64,000 bases of DNA from the NCBI GenBank assembly GCA_963727445.1, contig CAVSGI010000013.1, positions 320,001 to 384,000 of the forward strand. The letters run 5' to 3'. The translations under genes were made by a program, and so were the position numbers. The notes below the pieces were generated by a model that searched no databases, was not told where the DNA came from, and saw nothing but the letters and a program-made list of their open reading frames with translations. The stretch comes from an uncultured delta proteobacterium. GTDB taxonomy: Bacteria; Myxococcota_A; Polyangia; Polyangiales; B10-G4. Below are positions 10,451 to 20,232 of this stretch, piece by piece. The number at the start of each line of letters is the position of its first letter. Position 1 is the stretch's first letter.

Positions 10451-10988
10451 GGAAGATCGTCGTCCGGTAATACGCGAGCTCTTGCAGGCTCTCCCGGATG
10501 TCGTCCATCGCGCGATGGGTCTCCTGCTTCTTCGGCGCGTTCGCGAAGGCCTCGGGATACCACCTTCGCGCCAGCTCCTTCACCGAGCTCACGTCGACCT
10601 GCCGGTAGTGAAGGAACGCGTCCAACTTCGGCATGTAGCGCCGGATGAACCGCCGATCCTGATGGATCGAGTTGCCGGCGAGAACCGCACGCTTCGGCAC
10701 GCAGTGCTGCGAGAGGAACTCGATCACCGCCGTTTCCGCAGACGCCTCGTCGACGTCGCTCTTCCGCACCCGCTCCGTCAGGCCCGAATCGCCATGGTGC
10801 TGGGTGTTCCACTCGTCCATCGCTTCGAGGATCTCGTCGGGCTGATGGATCACCAGGTCGGGCCCCTCCGCCACCAGCGTCAGGTCCCCCTCGGTCACGA
10901 GGACGGCGATCTCGATCAGCCGTTCCTTCTCCGGATCGAGACCCGTCATCTCCATGTCGATCCAGACCAGTCGCTCGTCCTTCCCCAT
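10431..10988 (-). CDS. orn: Oligoribonuclease
   Basis: LVWIDMEMTGL, LAGNSIHQDRRF, HYRQVDVSSVKELARRW, HRAMDDIRES. Confidence 0.97.
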   Translation of the reverse strand: MGKDERLVWIDMEMTGLDPEKERLIEIAVLVTEGDLTLVAEGPDLVIHQPDEILEAMDEWNTQHHGDSGLTERVRKSDVDEASAETAVIEFLSQHCVPKRAVLAGNSIHQDRRFIRRYMPKLDAFLHYRQVDVSSVKELARRWYPEAFANAPKKQETHRAMDDIRESLQELAYYRTTIFHGASSD

Positions 10989-11101
10989 TGGCCGGCTTTT
11001 TTAGCCTGAATCGGCCGCCGGGGCCACGCCGAGATTGGACCCGGGCAGCCTCGCCCCCGACCTGCTAGGGTTCGGCCCCCGCTCGGCGGGAGCTTTCTGA
11101 C

Positions 11102-11890
11102 ATGCAGCGCATCGTCTTCGCCACCGGACCCATCGCCCGCGCGCCCATGCGACGCCAGCCGCGGCGGCTATTCGCCCAGATGCTCTCGCGCTCACTCGAC
11201 GTCGAAGTGGTGGTGGTGGTGGCGAGCACCTACAACGAGCTCGCCGGTCTCATGCACCGCGGAGACGCCCAGGTCGCGTGGCTCCCCCCGGCGGTCTACG
11301 TCCGCAGTGCCGAACGCGACGGCGTCGAGCTCCTCCTCGAGACCATTCGCCGCGGAGGCTCGCGATTTCGCAGCGTGCTCTTCGTGCGCGCGGATTCCGC
11401 CTACACCTGCCTCGAGGACCTCCAAGGCCACGCGGTCGCCTGGGTCGATCAGAATTCCTGCTCGGGCTACCTCTTCCCCCGCATCTCGCTCCTCGATCAA
11501 GGCATCGACCCCCGCACCTACTTCAAGCGCGAGCTCGTGCTCGGCAGCCACGAGGCCGTGATCCGTGCGGTCGAGGTGGGCACCGCGGCGGTGGGCGCGA
11601 CCTTCATGGACCAGAACGGAAAGGGCTCGATCCCCGGCTGGACCATCGAGGTCGAGGCCGACGACATGCGGCCTTTGCTGCTGAGCGAGCCCATTCCCGC
11701 CGACACCATCAGCGTCCGTGGCGACCTGGACCAAACGCTCCGCGACGATCTTCGCGAGGCTCTCCTCAGCCTACACGGCGTCGACGGGGGCGCCGACTGC
11801 ATCTACGGGCTCTTCGGCGCCGAGCGCTTCGAGCCCGGGACCACCGACGATTACGAGTCGATCCGCCGCGCCATCGCCGCCTCCTGCTGA
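11102..11890 (+). CDS. PhnD/phosphonate-binding-like solute-binding-fold protein without signal peptide
   Basis: AWLPPAVYV, DLQGHAVAWVDQNSCSGYLFP, GSHEAV, SEPIP motifs. Confidence 0.8.
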   Translation: MQRIVFATGPIARAPMRRQPRRLFAQMLSRSLDVEVVVVVASTYNELAGLMHRGDAQVAWLPPAVYVRSAERDGVELLLETIRRGGSRFRSVLFVRADSAYTCLEDLQGHAVAWVDQNSCSGYLFPRISLLDQGIDPRTYFKRELVLGSHEAVIRAVEVGTAAVGATFMDQNGKGSIPGWTIEVEADDMRPLLLSEPIPADTISVRGDLDQTLRDDLREALLSLHGVDGGADCIYGLFGAERFEPGTTDDYESIRRAIAASC

Positions 11891-11963
11891 GCCCAGACGC
11901 CCGAAGTGCGCCAAGCGCAACCCAAGCGCACGAGATTGCACGGATCTTCAGTTGTCACCGGGC

Positions 11964-11991
11964 TTGACCCAACCTGCGAACGTCTTATCTT
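11964..11991 (+). promoter_or_regulatory. Putative sigma70-type promoter of dnaJ
   Basis: TTGACC-16 nt-TATCTT, 15 nt upstream of the ATG. Confidence 0.4.
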
Positions 11992-12006
11992 GCGGCGGTT
12001 CGCGAT

Positions 12007-13074
12007 ATGGTCAAACGCGACTACTACGAAGTTCTGGGCGTCGAGCGGAGCGCGAGCACCGTCGAGATCAAGAAAGCCTATCGAAGGCTCGCGCTCGACC
12101 TGCACCCGGACCGCAACCCCGACAACCCCGAGGCTGAGGAGAGCTTCAAGGAAGCCTCCGAGGCGTACTCGGTCCTGAGCGACGGAGACAAGCGGGCCAC
12201 CTACGACCGCTACGGTCACGAGGGACTGTCCGGGCGAGGCTTCGAAGGCTTCGGGGACGTGCAGGACATCTTCAGCCACTTCCAGGACATCTTCGATGGT
12301 GTCTTCGGTGGTGGCTTCGGCGGCCGGAGCGTTCGTCGCCGCCGCAACGCCCCCTCCCGCGGCGCCGACGTGCGCGCCGCCGTGCTCCTGTCTTTGCGCG
12401 AGGCCGCCTTCGGCGCGAAGAAAGAGCTCGAAGTGACCCACCCGATGCCCTGCGAGTCGTGCAGCGGCACCGGCGCGAAGGAAGCGAAGCTCTCCACGTG
12501 TACGGCCTGCGGAGGAAGTGGCCAAGTCGCCCACGCCCGCGGGCCGTTCGTGCTTTCGACGACCTGTGGGCAATGCGGCGGCGAGGGCGCGGTCGCCGAG
12601 ACGCCGTGTGAAGACTGCAGCGGTCGCGGCGAGGTCGAGTCGACGCGCACCGTCAAGCTGACCGTTCCCGCCGGCGTCGACACCGGACAGACGCTGCGCC
12701 TCTCCGGTCAGGGTCAGGCGGGGCGCCTCGGCGGTCCCCCGGGTCACCTCTACGTGACCGTCGAGGTCGCCAGCGACGACGACTTCCAGCGCGATGGATA
12801 CGATCTCATCCACGAGCTCCATTTGAGCTACCCACAGGCCGCCCTCGGGGCGGCCGTCGAAATTCCGACCCTCGAAGAGACGCACTCGCTGAAGATCCCT
12901 GCCGGCATCCAGCCCGGAGAGACGGTCGTGGTGAACGGCGCCGGCGTTCCGCGCCTCGACGGCAGAGGCCGCGGCGACCTCATCGCCGTCGTGCAGGTCG
13001 ACGTCCCGAAGGAGCTCAGCCCGCGCGCCCGCGAGCTCCTCGAAGAGCTCGCCACCACCTTCGACGAAGGTTGA
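12007..13074 (+). CDS. dnaJ: Chaperone DnaJ
   Basis: [10 protein letters not shown]-domain with HPD, G/F region, four CxxCxGxG repeats, C-terminal domain. Confidence 0.97.
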   Translation: MVKRDYYEVLGVERSASTVEIKKAYRRLALDLHPDRNPDNPEAEESFKEASEAYSVLSDGDKRATYDRYGHEGLSGRGFEGFGDVQDIFSHFQDIFDGVFGGGFGGRSVRRRRNAPSRGADVRAAVLLSLREAAFGAKKELEVTHPMPCESCSGTGAKEAKLSTCTACGGSGQVAHARGPFVLSTTCGQCGGEGAVAETPCEDCSGRGEVESTRTVKLTVPAGVDTGQTLRLSGQGQAGRLGGPPGHLYVTVEVASDDDFQRDGYDLIHELHLSYPQAALGAAVEIPTLEETHSLKIPAGIQPGETVVVNGAGVPRLDGRGRGDLIAVVQVDVPKELSPRARELLEELATTFDEG

Positions 13075-13083
13075 GGCTCCGCC

Positions 13084-14091
13084 TCAAGCGAGGACCACGC
13101 CTTCGTGAATGGCGAGCTCGCCGCCGATCCGCACCGAGGAATCGGCCTGGCAGGCAGGAAAAGAGGTGCGTGCAGACCAGCCCGCGCCCGTCACCTTCGA
13201 GGCCGGATCACCGATCACCAGGTGAAGCCCCGGCACGTTGAGGTCGGTGTGCGCCTCTCCCGTCGGCGCATCCATCCCCAGGTTCACGCCGATGCTGACG
13301 AGTCCGATGCGATTCGAGTTATCCCCGAAGCCGAGGATCGATTCGATGTCCTTCTGCAGCTGGCGTGAATGCGCTTCCACTGAGACCACACGGCACTCGC
13401 GGATCTCCATCCGCACCGGGCTCTCCACGAGCGAGCCTTCACGCAGCCCGAAGAACTCGCCGAGAGAACCGTTGACGACGAAGACGCCATTCACCGCTTC
13501 CGGTGCAGAGTAGAGCGCGCCCGATGGCAGGGTGCACCACGCGCCGGGGTCGACCTCGCCCAGCTCGGGAAACCAGGGCGTGCCGGAGACGCGCAGCGAG
13601 AGCTCGGTGCCCCATCGCGATTCACAGGTGACCTCCTCCGACTCGGCGAGCGCTTCCATCATCTTGCGCCCGACGCGCGAGATCTCCCGATAGTCCCCCT
13701 GCATGCCTCGAACGAACGCGAGCTCGCTGATCCCCTCCATGTGTGCGTGCCGGAGCTCGTGCGTCGCGACGAGCGCGAGGAGGTGCTGGCGCATCCGCGC
13801 CTCCTGATGCGGAGCGCTGGCGAGGAAGGCGCTGCCGCGCGCGCGGGACAGCCGCCTCGCCAAGGAGTCGGGGATGGCGGGGAGCGGGCGGCGGCCGAGC
13901 TCCTCGAGCCACACCTTCCAGACCATGAGCTCGTGGGCTTCGCCCGCCGCGGCGATGCTCTCTACCATCGAACGCGACCTCTCGTCGCCGATGAGGACGA
14001 GCCCATCACCCGCAGAAAGCCGGAGCGCCGAGTGGACGACCTGCCGCCCGGCACGTGAAAGCTCGCTCGCGCTGACCCCCGAGAGGCTCAT
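13084..14091 (-). CDS. M29/aminopeptidase T-like fold protein, probably catalytically degenerate
   Basis: HAHMEGIS, WGTEL, TLPSGALYSAP, NGVFVVNGSLG, IGLVSIGVN, PGLHLVIGDP resemble the family, but the expected metal ligands appear to be substituted. Confidence 0.7.
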   Translation of the reverse strand: MSLSGVSASELSRAGRQVVHSALRLSAGDGLVLIGDERSRSMVESIAAAGEAHELMVWKVWLEELGRRPLPAIPDSLARRLSRARGSAFLASAPHQEARMRQHLLALVATHELRHAHMEGISELAFVRGMQGDYREISRVGRKMMEALAESEEVTCESRWGTELSLRVSGTPWFPELGEVDPGAWCTLPSGALYSAPEAVNGVFVVNGSLGEFFGLREGSLVESPVRMEIRECRVVSVEAHSRQLQKDIESILGFGDNSNRIGLVSIGVNLGMDAPTGEAHTDLNVPGLHLVIGDPASKVTGAGWSARTSFPACQADSSVRIGGELAIHEGVVLA

Positions 14092-14283
14092 GGGGCGCCG
14101 ATGCTACTGCCACGCCTCCGCTGGGGGTAGACCCAGAGGAGGTCGCCCGGATGGCGTCCCAGGATGTGGGCGCGACCTCGGATCGAGGACCTCGAAAACC
14201 CCGACTTCCTTCCACCCATCGCTGGCGGTACATTAGGGGGACATGAAGGAGTAGGCCGCGACTCGGGCGCGGCGAGGACGGGA

Positions 14284-14955
14284 ATGGGAAATCGGATTTA
14301 CGTGGGGAACCTGTCGTACGGCACGGCGGAAGACGGGCTCAGGGCAGTGTTCGAAGAGAGCGGCTACAAGGTCTCGGACGTTCACATAGTCACGGATAGA
14401 GAGACGGGTCGCTCCCGCGGCTTTGCTTTCGTCGAAGTCGAGGATAGCGGGGCGCTCAGCGCCGCCATCTCGTCCCTCGACGGAAAGGAAGTCGATGGGC
14501 GTCGGCTCGCACTGAGCGAAGCACGACCACGTCGCCCTCGCGAAGGCGGTGGTGGTGGTGGCGGTGGCGGCCACGGCGGTCACGGCGGCGGCGGCGGCGG
14601 CGGACGCTACAACAACGATCGCCGGCCACCGGTGCAGGAACGGCGGCGCCCCTACGGCGGCGGCGGTGGTGGCGGTGGTGGCGGTGGCCACAGCAGCAGC
14701 GGCGGCGGCCCTCCCGGCGGCGGCGGTGGTGGCGGTGGTGGCGGTGATCGCCCGCGCCGCAGCTTCGACAACTTCAGCGCGGGCCCGCCGCCCGATCCGC
14801 TGGAGCAACCCTCTGGCCGCGCCAGCAAGCGTCGCAAGAAGTGGGACAACAAGGATCGCGACGGTGGCGCGGGTCGCAGCGATGACCGCCGCGGCAACAA
14901 CCGCCGCTCGGGCAACCGCAAGCGCCGCGGCTGGGACGACGAAGGCGACTGGTAG
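14284..14955 (+). CDS. RRM RNA-binding protein with long Gly/Arg-rich tail
   Basis: RNP2 IYVGNLS and RNP1 RGFAFVEV, DRETGRS, DGRRL.LSEARPR. Confidence 0.92.
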   Translation: MGNRIYVGNLSYGTAEDGLRAVFEESGYKVSDVHIVTDRETGRSRGFAFVEVEDSGALSAAISSLDGKEVDGRRLALSEARPRRPREGGGGGGGGGHGGHGGGGGGGRYNNDRRPPVQERRRPYGGGGGGGGGGGHSSSGGGPPGGGGGGGGGGDRPRRSFDNFSAGPPPDPLEQPSGRASKRRKKWDNKDRDGGAGRSDDRRGNNRRSGNRKRRGWDDEGDW

Positions 14956-14967
14956 GTCTCGACCGGT

Positions 14968-17307
14968 TCAGCGGGTGGGAAGCCGCTCGCTGAGCTCCGG
15001 CAAGCGGCCCTCGTCGAGCCAGGCGTAGGTGCCCCAGGTCTGAAGGACGCGCCGGGTGTAGCGGCGGGTTTCGTCGTAGGGGATGTCCTCGATCCAAGCG
15101 TCGAGGGTGGTATCGCTGCGCTGGCGGAGCCATCGGTCGGAAGCGCCCTCACCGGCGTTGTAGGCCGATGGGATGATCGCGGGGTTGTCCTCGTAGCGCC
15201 GATACAGAAAGCCGATGAAGCGGGTGCCGATGCGGACGTTGATCTCGGGCGTCCGGAGGGCGTCGGGAGTGCTCGGCAGACCGAGCTCGTCACCGAAGCG
15301 CCGCGCCGTGGGTCGGATGAGCTGGATCAGCCCGTAGGCGTGCGCGACCGAAACGGCGCGCGGGTCGAAGGCGCTCTCCTCGCGGGCGATGGCGCGAACC
15401 AGCGCGCTGGGCACGCCCTCGGCGGCGGCGGCGTCTTCGATCAGCGGTGCGAAGGCGCGCGGATACGCGATGCGCCATCGGTGTCGTGACTCGCCCACGG
15501 GCGCGTGATCCAGGAAGTCGCGCAGGTGGCGGCGTGCGAGGAGGCTGGCTTCGGGATGCGCGCCTGCCCGATCGAGCACGGCGGCCGCGAGCCACATGGC
15601 CTCCTCGTCCGCCTCGTCGCCGAGGAGCCCGGCGGCGCCCAGCTCGCGCATCGCCACGTCCGGCTCGTCCACGCGGAGGAGCTCCACCGCGCGAACGAAG
15701 GCGGGGGCGGTGAGCTCGGGCCGGAGCGGAAAGGTCAGCGGCTCGGATGGCTCGGCCGACATCTCGGCGCGCACGGCAGCGGCGCGCTCCGCATCGAGGA
15801 GCTCGAGGCGATGGAGCGACTGCTGCGCGTAGTAGCTGAGCGGATAGCGGCGGGCAATCTCGTCGAAAGCCGCTACGGCCTCGCCGTCGCGACCGAGGTC
15901 GGCCAGGGTGCGCGCGCGCCAGTAGGCCGCACGGCCGCGCAGATCCACCGTGTGCTCCATCGGGCCATCGGCGAGGGAGGCCTCGAGGACGGTGAGCGCC
16001 TCTTCGAGCGCGGCGCGTCGCGCTTCGGGGTCATCGGCGGCCGCCGCGCGTCCGCGCGCGTCCCACGCCAGATGGAAGCGGGCCTCCCCGCGCATGTCCC
16101 CTTCGGGGAAGTCGTTCGCGGCGCGCGCCATACGGAGGTGCGCCGCCTCCTCGTCCCCGAGCGCCGCGGCCGAGAAGGCCGAACGGAAGACGGCATCGTC
16201 CGCCAGCCGATCCTCGGGGTCGGCCAGGACCAGGGCGTCGTAATGGTCGAGGGCCTCCTGATGCCGCCCCCGGCGACCGTGCGCTTGCGCTGCCAGGTAA
16301 TGCGCGGGCGTGCGCACCGACTCGTCCTCGCATCGGCGGATCACCTCTTCGAGCACCGCCGATCCGTCGTCGCGCCGGCGCATGCGCAAGAGCGCCTTGC
16401 CCTGCATCAGCTTCGCACGACAGGACTCGAGCCCCGAGGACTCGCGCGCGAGGGCGGCGAAAGCGTCCTCCGCTTCGTCGTGGCGCATCGCATTGAAGAA
16501 CGCCTCGGCGCGAACGAAGCGATCCTCGAAGGGGATGGTGGCCAGCGCGCGGCGACGCTCCGCCGGCAGCGTGGCGAGCACGGCCTCGGCCCGCTCCATC
16601 GCGATCTCTCCGATGCGCGCACCCGGCGCGCGTGTCGCCACGCGCCGATAGAGGAGCAGCGCCTCCTCGCGCTCCGCGGCATCCTCGCTGTCGGCGAGGA
16701 TTTCGGCGAGAGGCATGCCGGCGCTCGCCGCGCCGACGTGCGATGGCGTGCGGTCGACGATCGCGCGAAGCGCGCTCACGGCCTCGTTTAGATGACCCGC
16801 CTTCGCGAGCGCCACCGCCGTGAGCGACTCCGCGCGCTCGCGATCGGGGAAGTCGTCGGGCAGGTCCGACAGGAGCGCGATCACCTCGTCTCCTCCGTCG
16901 GCGCCGATCAGCTCCGCCAGCTCGAGACGCGCCCAGGGCGCGAGCGGGTGGTCCATCTCCGACAGCGCCGCGAAGTGGCGTCGGGCGTCGTCATCCAGAT
17001 CCTGGCGCAGCGCAGCCCTGGCCGCGATGAAGTGCAGCCGCCCGAGGACGGAGGGCTCCGGCGCACCGGCGATGGCTTCTTCCGCGAGGCGCTGCCGCTC
17101 GGCGGGATCGGTCGCGGCGAGCACGGCGCGCACGGCCTCGTCGCCGACGACGCTCGCGGGATCGAAGCGTGGAGGCCCGGCAGGCGCACGGGCCGGTGCC
17201 TGGGCTGACGCCGCGCCCGGGCGGTTGGCCGGCGCGTCGCAAGTGCAGAGCGCGACGGCAAAAAACGCCGCGATCGTCGCCCTGGTGATTCGTGCGTCGC
17301 CCCGCAT
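14968..17307 (-). CDS. slt: Soluble lytic murein transglycosylase (TPR + SLT domain), exported
   Basis: IAREESAFDP, AYGLIQL, AYNAG, IPYDETRRY; N-terminal signal/lipobox; TPR-like helices. Confidence 0.88.
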   Translation of the reverse strand: MRGDARITRATIAAFFAVALCTCDAPANRPGAASAQAPARAPAGPPRFDPASVVGDEAVRAVLAATDPAERQRLAEEAIAGAPEPSVLGRLHFIAARAALRQDLDDDARRHFAALSEMDHPLAPWARLELAELIGADGGDEVIALLSDLPDDFPDRERAESLTAVALAKAGHLNEAVSALRAIVDRTPSHVGAASAGMPLAEILADSEDAAEREEALLLYRRVATRAPGARIGEIAMERAEAVLATLPAERRRALATIPFEDRFVRAEAFFNAMRHDEAEDAFAALARESSGLESCRAKLMQGKALLRMRRRDDGSAVLEEVIRRCEDESVRTPAHYLAAQAHGRRGRHQEALDHYDALVLADPEDRLADDAVFRSAFSAAALGDEEAAHLRMARAANDFPEGDMRGEARFHLAWDARGRAAAADDPEARRAALEEALTVLEASLADGPMEHTVDLRGRAAYWRARTLADLGRDGEAVAAFDEIARRYPLSYYAQQSLHRLELLDAERAAAVRAEMSAEPSEPLTFPLRPELTAPAFVRAVELLRVDEPDVAMRELGAAGLLGDEADEEAMWLAAAVLDRAGAHPEASLLARRHLRDFLDHAPVGESRHRWRIAYPRAFAPLIEDAAAAEGVPSALVRAIAREESAFDPRAVSVAHAYGLIQLIRPTARRFGDELGLPSTPDALRTPEINVRIGTRFIGFLYRRYEDNPAIIPSAYNAGEGASDRWLRQRSDTTLDAWIEDIPYDETRRYTRRVLQTWGTYAWLDEGRLPELSERLPTR

Positions 17308-17474
17308 TCCTCGCCTTCGTCATAGAAGAGGTGATCGCCCGCGGCAAATTCTCTCCCGCCGACCTCGATGAAGAGGACGCCCGAGACGCCCCCGCCTCTT
17401 CCCGGCGGACGCGGCCGCGAGGAGGCGCACACCCCCACCCTTGACCCCCCAAGAGGCCGCCACACCTTGAACGG

Positions 17475-17897
17475 GTGATTCGGAAGTGCCCCTCCTGCGG
17501 CTCCAAAAACCGCATCCCCGCCGCTCGCCTCCACGAGGTGCCGCGCTGCGGCAAATGCAAGACGCCCCTCGGCGCCGTGGCCGAGCCGATCGTCCTGTCC
17601 GACGCTTCGGCCTTCGACGAGCTGATCGGTGGCTCGAAGCTCCCCGTCCTCGTCGACTTCTGGGCGCCCTGGTGCGGTCCCTGCCGCATGGTGGCCCCCG
17701 AGATGGAGAAGCTCGCCCGTGACAAGTCGCGCGCCCTCGTCGTCGCCAAGGTCGACACCGACAGCGTCCCCTCCATCGCCGCCCGCTTCGGCATCTCCGG
17801 GATCCCGACCATGATCCTCTTCGAAGGCGGCCACGAATCGAAGCGCCTCAGCGGCGCCATGCCCGCCAGCGCCATCGCCTCGCGCCTCGGGATCTAG
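17475..17897 (+). CDS. trxC: Thioredoxin 2 with N-terminal Zn finger
   Basis: CPSC...NR...CGKC plus WCGPC active site. Confidence 0.92.
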   Translation: MIRKCPSCGSKNRIPAARLHEVPRCGKCKTPLGAVAEPIVLSDASAFDELIGGSKLPVLVDFWAPWCGPCRMVAPEMEKLARDKSRALVVAKVDTDSVPSIAARFGISGIPTMILFEGGHESKRLSGAMPASAIASRLGI

Positions 17898-17902
17898 CTG
17901 AG

Positions 17903-18385
17903 CTAGTCCGAGCCGTGGTGACGACGGGCCTGGGCGAGGTCCTCGGCCTCCGCCTCTGCTCGACGCTCGCGCTCGCGCTTCTCGTCGCCCCGGAAGCGGT
18001 CGTGGTGGCGCTCCACCACGTCCTTTTCGGCCTGGGCTTCGGCCAGCGTCGTGCGCGCCTCGTCCACCTTCGATTGGGCATCCCCCACCGCCTTCTCCGC
18101 CGCCCGAATCGCCGCTCCCAGCGCCTCTTCTTCGTTCCGCCGACGGGAGAGGAACGCGCTGCCCCGCGCGAGCTCGGCCGCCGAACCGCCAGCCTCCTCC
18201 CCGCGGGCGAGCGCGTCCTTCTCCTGCTTCACGCGCTCGAGGTGAGCCCGCAAGGCCCCCCGCGCCTCGTCGAGCGCCTGCTTCGCTTCCTCGAGCGCAG
18301 ACGTACGGACCGCGAGCTCCGCCTCGGCCTGCTCGACGCCGTGTGCGCGAACGGTGCGCGCGGCTTCGAGCGGGTAGCGCTTCAC
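17903..18385 (-). CDS. FliJ/YscO(SctO)-like coiled-coil protein
   Basis: GTG 18385 overlaps the upstream stop (GTGA); RYPLEAARTVR start, heptad-rich, EKDVVERH...ERRAEAEAED end. Confidence 0.55.
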   Translation of the reverse strand: MKRYPLEAARTVRAHGVEQAEAELAVRTSALEEAKQALDEARGALRAHLERVKQEKDALARGEEAGGSAAELARGSAFLSRRRNEEEALGAAIRAAEKAVGDAQSKVDEARTTLAEAQAEKDVVERHHDRFRGDEKRERERRAEAEAEDLAQARRHHGSD

Positions 18386-20046
18386 TCGATCACGCGGGCG
18401 CCGCTGACGGTGGCGACGACGTCGTCGTAATCCGAGCCGTCGGGGCTCTCGTAGCGGCCGTCCATGGCGTCCGATGAGAAGGCGTCGACGCTGAGGTCGC
18501 CCCCCTCGTCGCGCGCGTCGACGACGCCCGAAAGGGTGATGTCGGTGCGGGAGAGATCCAGCGTGCGGAGCTCGGTTTCGATCGCATCGGCGATGTCCAT
18601 GAGCGCGTCCTGGCACACGACGCCAACGCACGTCGCGTCGCAGGCGGCGTCGATGACGGGCTCGGTGCCCGCCCAGCTGACGAGGGTCCCGCAACCGCCG
18701 CGGGCCTCGAGGAGGGAAGCGACGTCGTCGGCCCCGGCTTCGACCACCAGCGCATCGTCCAGCGCCACACCCAGGCTGCCGAGCGGGATGGTCGCCCCGA
18801 TCTCGTCGATGGAGATGGCGTCCGCCTCGGGCATCGGCGTGTAGGCGAGGCGCCCGCCGACCGTCCCCAGCGCGGTCAGGTCCACCACCAGCGACGGCAT
18901 GGAAGAGGTCGCGTCTCCGGTCGAGACGCTGACCACCTCGAAGCTGGGATCGGTGGCGTGGAGCGTGACCCGCCCGTCGATCGCCAGGCGCGCCGCGCGC
19001 GCCCGGAGCTCCTCGGAGAGCGCATCGACGGCGCGCGTCGGACCGCTCATGTCCGTCGTGAGGCTCGCGCTCAGGCCGTCGTCGAGGAAGGCGCTGACGC
19101 GCTCGGAGGCGACCGAGTCGGCGGCCATCGTATCGCCCCCGTCCCTGAGATGCTGCTCGAGGCGGTCGAGGAAGAAGGTGGCGTCGCCACCCCCCCCTTC
19201 GACGAGTGAACGTCCGCCGCGGGTCACGGCGCGGGAGAGGGCTTGTGCCGCAGCCGCCGCGTCGACGTCGAGGAGCGTCGCGTAGGTCCCCATCGCCTCG
19301 AGGGGCAGGTCGCTCATCGTCACCGTGATCTCGGTGTCGACGTCAGCCTCGATCGCGACGCTGTCGGTGCAGCCCTGCGCGACGACGTCGCCCATCGGCC
19401 CGAGCCCGGACGCGGTGACGGCGTAGACGAGGCCCGCCGGGAGCGCGAGGAACTGGGCCTGCGTCTCGTCGGCGACGAGCGTCTTTTCGCGGTCGGCCTC
19501 ACCCGCGAGCACGTCTTCGTCGTCGCAGGTCATCCCGGTGAAGACACCGACGCGACGGGTTTCGACCCGCCGCGAGCCCATCCACTCGACGTTCACCACG
19601 AGCCCGCCGAAGCCCGCGTCGCTGACGGAGACCCCGATCAGGATCGGCGCCGCCCTGGGCGCGGTGACGCGCACGCTGAACGCGGAGGCGGTGGTGCCGG
19701 CCATCACCCGAAAGCCTGCCTCGCCGTTCACGTCGGTCTGCACGCTGAGCTCCGAGAGGCTCGCGTCGTTCGCGCGACCGACGAGCGCCAGCTCCACTGG
19801 CTCGCCCGCGATGGGGCTCCCATCCATCTCGCGATAGAGGATGCGGACCGACGCTTCGTCTCCGAAGAGGAGCGCGAGGTTGGAGTCGCCCACGACTTCG
19901 ATCACCGCCGTGGGGGTGGTGCTGCCGTCCGGTAGTCCGGAGTCCGAGCTGCCCGAGCTGCCATCGTCACAGCCCAGAGCGGGGAGCGCCGTGAGAGCGC
20001 AGACGAGGAGGAACCACCCCCCGCGTCCGACCTTAAGAAAGTGCAT
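18382..20046 (-). CDS. Lipoprotein with Ig-like domain(s), function unknown
   Basis: ATG 20046, lipobox PALG-C; TDVNGEAGFRV Big-like motif. Confidence 0.7.
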   Translation of the reverse strand: MHFLKVGRGGWFLLVCALTALPALGCDDGSSGSSDSGLPDGSTTPTAVIEVVGDSNLALLFGDEASVRILYREMDGSPIAGEPVELALVGRANDASLSELSVQTDVNGEAGFRVMAGTTASAFSVRVTAPRAAPILIGVSVSDAGFGGLVVNVEWMGSRRVETRRVGVFTGMTCDDEDVLAGEADREKTLVADETQAQFLALPAGLVYAVTASGLGPMGDVVAQGCTDSVAIEADVDTEITVTMSDLPLEAMGTYATLLDVDAAAAAQALSRAVTRGGRSLVEGGGGDATFFLDRLEQHLRDGGDTMAADSVASERVSAFLDDGLSASLTTDMSGPTRAVDALSEELRARAARLAIDGRVTLHATDPSFEVVSVSTGDATSSMPSLVVDLTALGTVGGRLAYTPMPEADAISIDEIGATIPLGSLGVALDDALVVEAGADDVASLLEARGGCGTLVSWAGTEPVIDAACDATCVGVVCQDALMDIADAIETELRTLDLSRTDITLSGVVDARDEGGDLSVDAFSSDAMDGRYESPDGSDYDDVVATVSGARVIE

Positions 20047-20232
20047 TACCCCCGAAGTGTAGCCACCGAGCCAGCGCAGAGCCACCTCACCCCCTCGTGA
20101 AGCTCTCCTACATCCTCCCACCCGGGGCGAAGTTTTGCTACGTTCCGGCGCCCCATCCCGAATACGGCGGGAGCCCGAGCCGTTGGTGCACGGGCTGCCG
20201 AAGACGCGGCCTCTGCGGGGCAATCTCCAAAC

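Noticed and set aside
11900..12006. CIRCE or HAIR heat-shock operator upstream of dnaJ
   Set aside because: No TTAGCACTC-N9-GAGTGCTAA or CTTGAGT-N7-ACTCAAG match was found.
14545..14745. GGC/GGT triplet repeats
   Set aside because: They encode the ordinary Gly-rich tail of the RRM protein.
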